The position numbers and the translations under genes are program-made. From assembly GCA_963665845.2 (NCBI GenBank), contig OY762492.1, positions 2,496,001 through 2,560,000 of the forward strand: 64,000 bases of DNA, written 5' to 3'. How positions within the stretch are numbered: position 1 is the stretch's first letter; every line of letters begins with the position of its first letter. The stretch is from Candidatus Poribacteria bacterium. GTDB taxonomy: Bacteria > Poribacteria > WGA-4E > GCA-2687025. The notes below the pieces were generated by a model, which was not told where the DNA came from, made no database searches, and saw nothing but the letters and a program-made list of their open reading frames with translations. Shown here one piece after another: positions 29,105 to 37,314 of this stretch.

Positions 29105-29746
29105 TCATTGGCGCGTTTTTTTGGCGTTTTTTCTTGCCGCTTTTTTTGCCGCCTTTCGTTGTTTGGGAGTCATCTTTGCCGACTGCGGTTTCACTGGACG
29201 CAGCACCGCCGCCACCAGTTCATCGAACTTCCCATAATACGGATTGGTAATCTCGATCTCGCGCTGTTGGAACGCGAGGTCGTACTTGCCGACGATAATG
29301 TGTTCCAGCTCTGTTAAAACGGCGCGCCCGTTTTCGTCCTCAAGCGCCAGGTATTTCTCATTGACGAGCTGGACGATGCCTCTGACGGTCTCCTCTTCGT
29401 CCGGATTTTTCGCTTTTCGGCGGCGCAGGCTGACAGCATGTCCGGCCGCCCGCCGAAAATCGGCCGGAGTACGGAGCGGGCGGTCCAGCCCAGGCGACGC
29501 CACCTCCAGCGATCCGCGCTCATCCAGAATCCCCTCCGCCTGCAAGAGCGGCTGCGCCATTTTATGCGCCTTTTGACAATCGCCGATGGTCGCCCCGCCC
29601 TCGCGGTGAATGAACAGCTGAACCGTCGACCCGCGCCGATGGCGGTTCCACACCGCGTCCACCAGCTCGTACCCGTTCGCTTCCAGCTGCGCGCCGCACG
29701 CTTTGGCGATGATTTCCCGCGCCTCCTCTTTCGTCAAATGCTGCAT
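29105..29746 (-). CDS. rimP: Ribosome maturation factor RimP with basic C-terminal extension
   Basis: GYELVD, VQLFI..GGATIGDC, LEVASPGLDRPL...DFRR. Confidence 0.85.
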   Translation of the reverse strand: MQHLTKEEAREIIAKACGAQLEANGYELVDAVWNRHRRGSTVQLFIHREGGATIGDCQKAHKMAQPLLQAEGILDERGSLEVASPGLDRPLRTPADFRRAAGHAVSLRRRKAKNPDEEETVRGIVQLVNEKYLALEDENGRAVLTELEHIIVGKYDLAFQQREIEITNPYYGKFDELVAAVLRPVKPQSAKMTPKQRKAAKKAARKNAKKTRQ

Positions 29747-29857
29747 ATGAAAGCCTTTCTTGATGAATGAGAATGCGCATACGATACGCGATGAAGGCGG
29801 CAGTTGCAAGCGGCGCTCTTTTCGGCGACTCTATACGAACGGCTTGGAGAACGCGCT

Positions 29858-31036
29858 ATGAAACCGATCGCCGCTGTCGTCACCGAATACCGATACCTGT
29901 CGCATGCGCAGGTGATCTGCGACCGCTTTTTGTCCGGCTATGCGCTCAACGGGCAGCCGATGCGGACGAACGCCCAGATCGTCTCCATGTACGTCGACCA
30001 GTTTCCCGACAACGATCTGAGCCGAGAGCGCGCCGAACGTTTCGGCTTTAACATCCATCCCACGATACCCTCCGCGCTGCGCAGCGGCGGACATGCGCTC
30101 GCCGTCGAAGGCGTCCTGCTCATCGGCGAGCATGGAGAATACCCGAAAAACGAGCTGGGGCAGACGCTTTATCCGCGGCATGAGTTCTATCGGCAGATTG
30201 TCAAAACATTTCAACAAGATCAGCGAACCGTTCCCGTCTTTGTGGACAAGCACCTCTCATACGAATTTGAAAAAGCGGAATGGATGGCGCGGGAGGCGAG
30301 GCGCGGCAACTTCGCCCTCATGGCGGGCAGCTCCATACCGGTCGCCATACGGCTTCCCGCCCTGGAGCTGCCGCTTGAAAGCGAGCTGGAGGAGGCGCTG
30401 GTTGTCGGATACGGCGGGCTGGACAGCTACGATTTTCACGCGCTTGAGGGGCTTCAATGCATGACGGAGCGGCGGCAGGGCGGCGAAACAGGCGTTCAAG
30501 CGGTCGAGTATCTGGAAGGGGAGGCGGTGTGGCAAGCGGGGGACGAGGGGGTCTGGTCATGGGAGCTGTTGGAGGCGGCCGTCTCTCGGTCAGACACGCC
30601 GCAGGGAAACGCCGTGGAGGACGGGCGCCCCGAAAATGTTGTCGGGCTGGGTTATGCGCGGGAGCTGGCGAAAAATCCGACCGCTTACATTCTCCATTAC
30701 GCGGACGGGCTTCGGGCGTCTATGTTGATGCTGAACGGGTTGACGACCGATTTTCTGTTTGCGGCGCGTCTGCGGGGGGAGCCGGCGCCGGTCTCGACGC
30801 AGTTTTTTTTGACGCCGACGCCGGGCGTTCACCATTTCAGCGGTCTTGTTCATAAGATCGATGAGATGTTTGAAACGGGGGCGGCGCCGTATCCCGCCGA
30901 CCGGACGCTGCTGGTTTCGGGCGTCATGGAGGCATGTTTGAAGGCGCGGCATGCGGGCGTTCGGCGGCTTGAGACGCCGGAGCTGCTGAAAGTTCAGTAT
31001 CAACCCTCCGTCGAGTCGCATTTCATGCGCAGTTAG
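29858..31036 (+). CDS. Conserved hypothetical oxidoreductase-like protein
   Basis: SHA, SMYVDQFP, GVLLIGEHGEYP, VPVFVDKHLSY, MAGSS, YDFHALE. Confidence 0.75.
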   Translation: MKPIAAVVTEYRYLSHAQVICDRFLSGYALNGQPMRTNAQIVSMYVDQFPDNDLSRERAERFGFNIHPTIPSALRSGGHALAVEGVLLIGEHGEYPKNELGQTLYPRHEFYRQIVKTFQQDQRTVPVFVDKHLSYEFEKAEWMAREARRGNFALMAGSSIPVAIRLPALELPLESELEEALVVGYGGLDSYDFHALEGLQCMTERRQGGETGVQAVEYLEGEAVWQAGDEGVWSWELLEAAVSRSDTPQGNAVEDGRPENVVGLGYARELAKNPTAYILHYADGLRASMLMLNGLTTDFLFAARLRGEPAPVSTQFFLTPTPGVHHFSGLVHKIDEMFETGAAPYPADRTLLVSGVMEACLKARHAGVRRLETPELLKVQYQPSVESHFMRS

Positions 31037-31135
31037 CGTTGGCATTCATGTTTGCAATGCGCGCCAAAGTAGGCTAATCTGGTACGCAGCAGCATGGGCG
31101 GGGTGTGAAGCAGAGGTTCGCAGGAGGATGCCGCG

Positions 31136-32326
31136 ATGGACTTGTTCGACAAATGCAGCCAATTTGAAAAATTCCTTCAATCGTACGAAGCCATCAAGCA
31201 TGGAGCCTACCCGTACTTTGTACCCAACAGGGCGGTCAACCCGTCCGAATCGATCATCGAAGGCGAAAAGAAAATCATGATCGGTTCCAACAACTACCTC
31301 GGATTGACGCACCATCCCAAAGTTTTAGAAGCGGCAGCGGCAGCCGTCCAAAAATACGGCAGCGGATGCACAGGCAGCCGCTTTTTAAACGGAACGCTGG
31401 ACCTCCACGTAGAACTGGAGGAGCGGCTTGCCGAGTTTGTCGGCAAACCCGCAGCTCTGCTGTTCAGCACAGGCTATCAGACGAACCTCGGCGTTCTCCA
31501 CGCGCTCCTAGACCGCAAAGCGACCGCCTTTTTAGACGCCGACAGCCACGCATGCATCGTGGACGGCGCGATGGTTTCCTTCGGCAAAATGACGCGGTTC
31601 AAGCACAACGACATGGACGATCTGAAAGCGAAACTGGACCTCGCGGATGAAAAAACCGCCAAACTGGTCGCCACCGACGGCGTCTTCAGCATGAGCGGAG
31701 CCGTCGCCAAACTGCCCGAACTGATTGCCGCTTCCAAACCGAGCGGCGCGCGCATTCTGGTGGACGACGCGCATTCCATCGGCGTCCTGGGCGACACGGG
31801 AGCCGGCACCGCCGAACATTTCGGCGTCACTGACCAGATCGATTTGATCACCGCTACCTTCAGCAAGTCGTTCGGAAGCATCGGCGGATTTGCGGCGGCA
31901 GACCCGTCCGTCATCAACTTTCTGAAACACAACTCGCGCAGTTTCATTTTTAGCGCCAGCCCGCCGGCAAGCGCTACGGCGACCGTTCTCGCCGCGCTGA
32001 CGGTCATCCAGTCGGAGCCGGAGCGGCGGGAACAGCTGTGGAGAAACACGAAGATCATGCTGGAGGGGTTCCGCGCCCTTGGGTTCAATGTCGGGGATTC
32101 GGAAACGCCGATTGTGCCGGTCATCATCGGTGACGACCTGCAGACGTTTCTATTCTGGCGCGCCCTGCTGGACGCGGGCATTTTTGTGAACGCCGCGGTC
32201 AGCCCCGCCGTCCCGCCGGGAACCGCCCGCCTGCGCACCAGTTACACCGCCTCCCACACCGAAAGCCAGCTCTCCTATGTGTTGGAAACGTTTGAAAAGA
32301 TCGGGAAACAGCTAGGCGTTCTCTAA
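31136..32326 (+). CDS. Alpha-oxoamine synthase, serine palmitoyltransferase-like
   Basis: YPYF, GSNNYLGLT, GSRFLNGTLDLH, HACIVDG, DDAH, TFSKS (PLP lysine). Confidence 0.85.
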   Translation: MDLFDKCSQFEKFLQSYEAIKHGAYPYFVPNRAVNPSESIIEGEKKIMIGSNNYLGLTHHPKVLEAAAAAVQKYGSGCTGSRFLNGTLDLHVELEERLAEFVGKPAALLFSTGYQTNLGVLHALLDRKATAFLDADSHACIVDGAMVSFGKMTRFKHNDMDDLKAKLDLADEKTAKLVATDGVFSMSGAVAKLPELIAASKPSGARILVDDAHSIGVLGDTGAGTAEHFGVTDQIDLITATFSKSFGSIGGFAAADPSVINFLKHNSRSFIFSASPPASATATVLAALTVIQSEPERREQLWRNTKIMLEGFRALGFNVGDSETPIVPVIIGDDLQTFLFWRALLDAGIFVNAAVSPAVPPGTARLRTSYTASHTESQLSYVLETFEKIGKQLGVL

Positions 32327-32352
32327 CCCGCGCCGCGGAGGTTTTGGAATGA

Positions 32353-32526
32353 TTGACCGCATGCTGAAAGCTGGGACAGCTGAACGAAATCTTTATTCAT
32401 GGAAAAAGATGCCGCCAACCAGATCGTCATTCCCGCGTAAGCGGGAATCTAGAGGCGCCGCAAACGACGTCCGCCCTTGCATTAAGACGTCATGCCGACA
32501 TGTTCCAATTAAAGACGTAAGGTCTG
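32353..32526. mobile_element. MITE-A copy (degenerate)
   Basis: TTGACCGCATGCTGAAAGCTGGGACA...AATTAAAGACGTAAGGTCTG; interior similar to 59630-59798; flanks GAATGA/GAATAA. Confidence 0.7.
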
Positions 32527-32534
32527 GAATAACG

Positions 32535-33893
32535 ATGCGGAGACTGCTTTTGACAACGGCTCTGGCGTTGGCGGCGCTTTGGACGGCGCCGTCCGCCCGC
32601 GCGCAGCCAAGCTATCTGGACGATATCCTTCCGATACTGAAACGCAGCTGCCAAGGGTGCCACAACCCCGCCGAACCCGCCGGCGACTTGAGCGTCGTCA
32701 GCCATGCCGACCTGCTCAAAGGGGGCAAATCCGGCTCCGCCGTCAAGCCCGGCAAACCGGACGAAAGCCTGCTCTATACGCTCGTCATCGGCGACGAACC
32801 GGCGATGCCGATGGGCGGCGATCCGCTTCCCCCCGAAGAAACCGACCTGCTCAAGCGGTGGATACTGGACGGCGCCAAAGACGACTCCCCCCCGCCCGAA
32901 GCGCAGCCCGCCCTTGCGCCGCCTGTTTACACCGCCGCTCCCGTCATCACGGCGCTTGCTTACGCGCCGGACGGAGAGACGATCGCCGTTTCAGGCTTTA
33001 GCGAGACGCTCATTCTTTCCGCTGACGGAACCGAACGGATCCGCCGCCTCGTCGGAGAGGCGCGCCGCATCGAGTCGATCGCCTACTCGGAGGAGGGGGA
33101 TATTCTGTGCGTCGGGGCGGGTTCGCCGGCGCAGTTTGGACAGGCGCAGCTGTGGGACCCGAAGACGGGGCGGCTCATCCGCGCCGTTAAATCCACCTAC
33201 GACACGATCTATTCCGCCGTTCTCTCGCCGGACGGAAAAAGCGTCGCGTTTGGATGCGCCGATAAAACGGCGCGCATCGTCTCCACTATCGACGGCGCGG
33301 AGCTGCTGAAATTTGAAAACCACAGCGACTGGGTCTTCGGCGCCATGTTCTCGCGGGACGGAACGCATCTGGTCACCGGCGGACGCGACGGCGCGCTCAA
33401 ACTGGTCAACGTCGAACTAGGGCAATTCATCGACGACATCAACGCAAGCAACAAAGGCTACGGCGGCATCAACGCCATCGCCCGCCATCCGGGCGCCGAT
33501 CAGGTCTTGAGCGGCGGAAGCGACCGGACGCCGCGCCTTTACAAGATCTACCGCGAACAGCGGCGCGACGTCGGCAACACCGACTTCAACCTTGTCCGCG
33601 CCTATGAAGCGCAGGCGGGTTCCATCAACGCGCTCGCGTTCGACAAGGAGGGCAAGATTTTTGCTGTCGGCTCCGCGGGGGGAGAGGTCCGCGTTTATGA
33701 AACGGCGTCTGGAAAACGCGCTGCGCAGTTTCAGGGCGACTCCGCCGCTGTCTTTGCGCTCGCCTTTCGTCCTGAAAGCGAGGAGCTGGCGGTCGGCGGT
33801 TTCGACGGACTCATCCGCGTCTTCAACCCGAATACAGGCGAGACGATACGCGAATTCAGCCCCTTCCCCATCGAAAACGAAGCCGAAAAATAA
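32535..33893 (+). CDS. Secreted planctomycete-type cytochrome c domain plus WD40 repeats
   Basis: Signal peptide, ILPILKRSCQGCH (CXXCH), PGKPDESLL, MP..WILDGA, WD40 blades. Confidence 0.88.
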   Translation: MRRLLLTTALALAALWTAPSARAQPSYLDDILPILKRSCQGCHNPAEPAGDLSVVSHADLLKGGKSGSAVKPGKPDESLLYTLVIGDEPAMPMGGDPLPPEETDLLKRWILDGAKDDSPPPEAQPALAPPVYTAAPVITALAYAPDGETIAVSGFSETLILSADGTERIRRLVGEARRIESIAYSEEGDILCVGAGSPAQFGQAQLWDPKTGRLIRAVKSTYDTIYSAVLSPDGKSVAFGCADKTARIVSTIDGAELLKFENHSDWVFGAMFSRDGTHLVTGGRDGALKLVNVELGQFIDDINASNKGYGGINAIARHPGADQVLSGGSDRTPRLYKIYREQRRDVGNTDFNLVRAYEAQAGSINALAFDKEGKIFAVGSAGGEVRVYETASGKRAAQFQGDSAAVFALAFRPESEELAVGGFDGLIRVFNPNTGETIREFSPFPIENEAEK

Positions 33894-33911
33894 CCCGAAA
33901 GGAAGACACGC

Positions 33912-34586
33912 ATGCGCCATGAAATTCTGCATCGCCCCTCCTACGCGCTCGGCGTCATACAGCTCGAATCCGGCGAACGGATACAGGCGGAACCCGGCGC
34001 GATGGTCAGCATGTCGCCGACGATACATCTGGAAACCTCCACGCGCGGCGGCATCCTGCGAGGTCTCAAACGCTCCGTTCTAGGCGGCGAAAGCTTTTTT
34101 ATGAACACCTTCACCGCGGAAGCGCCCGGCGAAGTGACCGTCGCGCCCGCCCTGCCCGGCGACATTGAAGCGATACAGCTGGAGGGCGAGTCGATCATGG
34201 TTCAGTCCGGCTCCTTCCTGGCGGCGGATACCGGCATCGAGATCGATTCAAAGTGGGGCGGCGCGCGGACCTTCTTTTCAAAGGAGGGGCTGTTTCTTTT
34301 GAAATGCGAGGGGGCGGGATCGCTCTTCGTCTCCAGCTTCGGCGCGATTCATCTGAAGGAGCTGGCGGACGGCGAACGGTACACGGTCGACACGGGGCAT
34401 ATGGTCGCCTTCGACAGCTCGATTCAGTACTCGGTGGCGCGGTCGGGCGGATGGAAAACGACGCTGCTTTCAGGGGAAGGTCTTGTGTGCAAGTTGGTCG
34501 GTCCGGGGCGTTTTTATATGCAGACGCGCAGCGACGACGCTTTTGTCAGCTGGCTTTCGTCCAAGCTTCCCAGCCGCTCTAGCTAG
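33912..34586 (+). CDS. AIM24 / TIGR00266 family protein
   Basis: AEPGAMVSM, GGESFFMNTF, APALPGDI, VDTGHMVAF, GEGLV..GPG...QTR. Confidence 0.9.
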   Translation: MRHEILHRPSYALGVIQLESGERIQAEPGAMVSMSPTIHLETSTRGGILRGLKRSVLGGESFFMNTFTAEAPGEVTVAPALPGDIEAIQLEGESIMVQSGSFLAADTGIEIDSKWGGARTFFSKEGLFLLKCEGAGSLFVSSFGAIHLKELADGERYTVDTGHMVAFDSSIQYSVARSGGWKTTLLSGEGLVCKLVGPGRFYMQTRSDDAFVSWLSSKLPSRSS

Positions 34587-34639
34587 TCCGCCCGCGGCTT
34601 CATTCCCGCCCTCGCCGGCGGAAAAGCCGCCGCGCCCCG

Positions 34640-35425
34640 CGCCAAACCCCTGCCCCCTTTTCAAGGGGGAAACAACCCGCGCGCCTTAAACCCCCCTAAC
34701 CCCCCTTTTCAAAGGGGGAACAGCCCGCGCCCCACTCCCTGTCATTCCCGCGTAAGCGGGAATCTTATCCTTCGTCTGAACTAGGATTTGCATGATTGAA
34801 AAGATTGCCAAGAGGCTTGCTGAAAACGATACGCCGCCCTTGACATGCCTGCGACCCCAAAACCCTTTCATCCTATAAATCCTGAAAATCTTAGTTCAAA
34901 AGCAAGCGCGCCGCGCCAAACCCCCCCTGCCCCCCTTTTCAAGGTGGAAACAGCGCGCGCCTTAAACCCCCCTAACCCCCTTATCAAGGGGGAACAGCCC
35001 GCGCCCCACTCCCTGTCATTCCCGCGTAAGCGGGAATCTTATCCGTCGTCTGAACTAGGATTTGCATGATTGAAAAGATTGCCAAGAGGATTGCTGAAAA
35101 CGATACGCCGCCCTTGACATGCCTGCGACCCCAAAATCTGACTTCATGCTTAGAGTAGGGAAAGTTCTGGTTGTGAACGCGGACGGTTTCGGGGTTGACT
35201 CTGGATTCCCGCTTGCGCGGGAATGACGAATTGTACTGCTGGACGTTTGGATGAACGCGGACGTTGTCGGGTTGACTCTGGATTCCCGCTTACGCGGGAA
35301 TGACGAATTGTACTGCTGGACGTTTGGATGAACGCGGACGTTGTCGGGTTGACTCTCCGACTCCCCCTTGAAAAGGGGGAGTCTAGTCGGCGCCCTCATA
35401 GCCTGCCCCTTTTCAAGGGGAATCG
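34640..35425. repeat. Large mosaic repeat cluster including MITE-B, a ~180-bp duplication and a ~77-bp tandem duplication
   Basis: 34681-34862 is repeated at about 34957-35136; GTTGACTCTGGATTCCCGC..GACGTTGTCGG occurs twice; TGAACTAGGAT...ATCTTAGTTCA inverted ends. Confidence 0.88.
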
Positions 35426-35518
35426 GACGCAGCAGGCGAGAAAATAATCGATAGCTGTATACCATCGTCAACAGCTATCGTTACGTCTGTAGTTAAAGCG
35501 AACCGAAAGGCGGCGACA

Positions 35519-36271
35519 ATGTCTTCCATCTCCCGCATTGCGGCGGCGCTCATGCCGCTCCTGACGATCATGGTTCTCGGCTGCGGCAAGCGGACCGAGA
35601 ACCCCGACGTCGTCCATATCGTAACCGACGCCACCTACCGCCCGTTCGAATACTTTAATGAGAATCGGGAGCTGGTGGGTTATGACATCGACCTTTTCCG
35701 CGCCATCGGCGAAGCCGCCGGTTTTGAAACGCGGTTTCAACATCAGACGTTTGAAGGCGGCTTGGCGGGTCTCCGCATCGGCAAGTTTGACGCCATGATC
35801 TCCGCGATGACGATCACCGAAGAACGCCAAAAGACGTTCCTGTTCAGCGACCCGTATTACGACGCCGGGCAGGTTGTGGCGGTGCGGGAAGACGAGGCGG
35901 AGATCGACTCGTTTGAAGACCTGGCGGGGCGGATCGTCGGCGCGGTGCGCGGCACCACGGGATATTACAAAGCGACCGAGATTCCAGACGCGGAAATTCT
36001 TGAATACGACACGATTGAGCTCGCGTTCACAGCGCTTCAGATCGGATCGGTTGATGCGGTCGTGAACGATGAGCCGACATCGAGAGCCATCTCCGCCAAA
36101 CGCGGAGGGTTCAAACTGGTCGGCGGTCCGTTGACAAAGGAGCAGTACGGGATCGTCATGATGAAAGACAGAGAGGCGTTGGCAGCGCGCATCAACGCCG
36201 CGTTGAAGCTGTTGAAAGAAAACGGAGAGCTGGATCGTCTTCATCAGAAATGGATCGCCGGCGGACCGTAA
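35519..36271 (+). CDS. Polar amino-acid ABC transporter substrate-binding lipoprotein (family 3)
   Basis: LGC lipobox, DATYRPFEY, GYDIDL, SAMTITEER, FSDPYY, GTTG. Confidence 0.92.
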   Translation: MSSISRIAAALMPLLTIMVLGCGKRTENPDVVHIVTDATYRPFEYFNENRELVGYDIDLFRAIGEAAGFETRFQHQTFEGGLAGLRIGKFDAMISAMTITEERQKTFLFSDPYYDAGQVVAVREDEAEIDSFEDLAGRIVGAVRGTTGYYKATEIPDAEILEYDTIELAFTALQIGSVDAVVNDEPTSRAISAKRGGFKLVGGPLTKEQYGIVMMKDREALAARINAALKLLKENGELDRLHQKWIAGGP

Positions 36272-36295
36272 CCTTAATGGAAAGAGCGCCGCTTC

Positions 36296-37117
36296 ATGTT
36301 AGACGCATACCTGATTCTACTGGGCGCGCTCATCGGAGCGTTCGGATCGGCGGTTGGAGCCGGCGGCGGATTTCTGGTCGTCCCTCTGCTGATGTACCTG
36401 TATCCGGACGATTCTATAGAGGTCGTCAACGCGATTGCGATCGCGATTGTCTTTTTAAGGTCGCTCTCGGCGGCGGCCGCCTTTGGACGGCAGAAGCGAA
36501 TCGACTACCGTTCCGGCTGGCTTTTTGCCGCGGCGACGGCTCCGTTTGCGGCGCTCGGTTCCTATGCGATACAATTTGTGGACGCGAGCCATTTTCGCCT
36601 GCTGCTTGGACTGGCGCTGCTCGGTCTGGCGGCGCAAACCTTCTTTGCAAAGTTGTCGAAGCCGAGGCGTAAAGAGACGCGCTATGCGAATATCCGCCGC
36701 GAGCTGATCGACGCGGAAGGGACGCGCTACCGGTACGCATACCGCTTGGACGCCGCGGTCGCCTCCAGCGCGGTCATCGGTTTCGCCGCCAACTTTTTTG
36801 CGGTCGGCGGCGGCGTTCTTCGCATGCCGGCTCTCGTTCAGTGGCTTCGTTTTCCGGCGCATATTGCGGTTGCGACGACGCAGTTTGCGCTGGTCTTTTC
36901 GTCGTTTGCGGGCGTCGCGGTTCATTTGAGCAGCGGGGCGCTGGTTCCGCATTTGACGCAGACCGTCTATCTCGCTCTCGGCGCGGTGGCGGGGGCGCAG
37001 TTTGGGGCATGGTTCGCCAAAAAATCGAAAGAGGTTGTCCTGATGCGCCTGCTGGTTGCGGCTCTCGTCATTATTGGCGTACAATTGATCATGGGAGGCT
37101 TGGAGCCGCCTCACTAA
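36296..37117 (+). CDS. TauE/SafE (TSUP) family transporter
   Basis: GAGGGFLVVP and VGGGVLRMP repeats, AVATTQF, multiple TM helices. Confidence 0.88.
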   Translation: MLDAYLILLGALIGAFGSAVGAGGGFLVVPLLMYLYPDDSIEVVNAIAIAIVFLRSLSAAAAFGRQKRIDYRSGWLFAAATAPFAALGSYAIQFVDASHFRLLLGLALLGLAAQTFFAKLSKPRRKETRYANIRRELIDAEGTRYRYAYRLDAAVASSAVIGFAANFFAVGGGVLRMPALVQWLRFPAHIAVATTQFALVFSSFAGVAVHLSSGALVPHLTQTVYLALGAVAGAQFGAWFAKKSKEVVLMRLLVAALVIIGVQLIMGGLEPPH

Positions 37118-37128
37118 AAAAACAAGAA

Positions 37129-37284
37129 AGCAGTCTCTATAGACGATGGTTTCGATTTTTAGAGTGCCGTTTAGAATGCGGAGGCTGTCTGAAAAAACTC
37201 TGGATTCCCGCTTACGCGGGAATGACGGTTTGGATCGGCGGGCCGTCGCACAAAATATGAACGTCATCGCCTGTAGAGACTTCC
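37129..37284. mobile_element. MITE-C, 156 bp, ~20-bp TIRs and near-perfect 8-bp target duplication
   Basis: AGCAGTCTCTATAGACGATG...CATCGCCTGTAGAGACTTCC flanked by AACAAGAA and AACAAAAA. Confidence 0.7.
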
Positions 37285-37314
37285 AACAAAAAGAAAACAA
37301 GGCTGGGATGGTCT

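Noticed and set aside
35193-35356. Possible mini-CRISPR
   Set aside because: A simple ~77-bp tandem duplication inside a mosaic repeat cluster.
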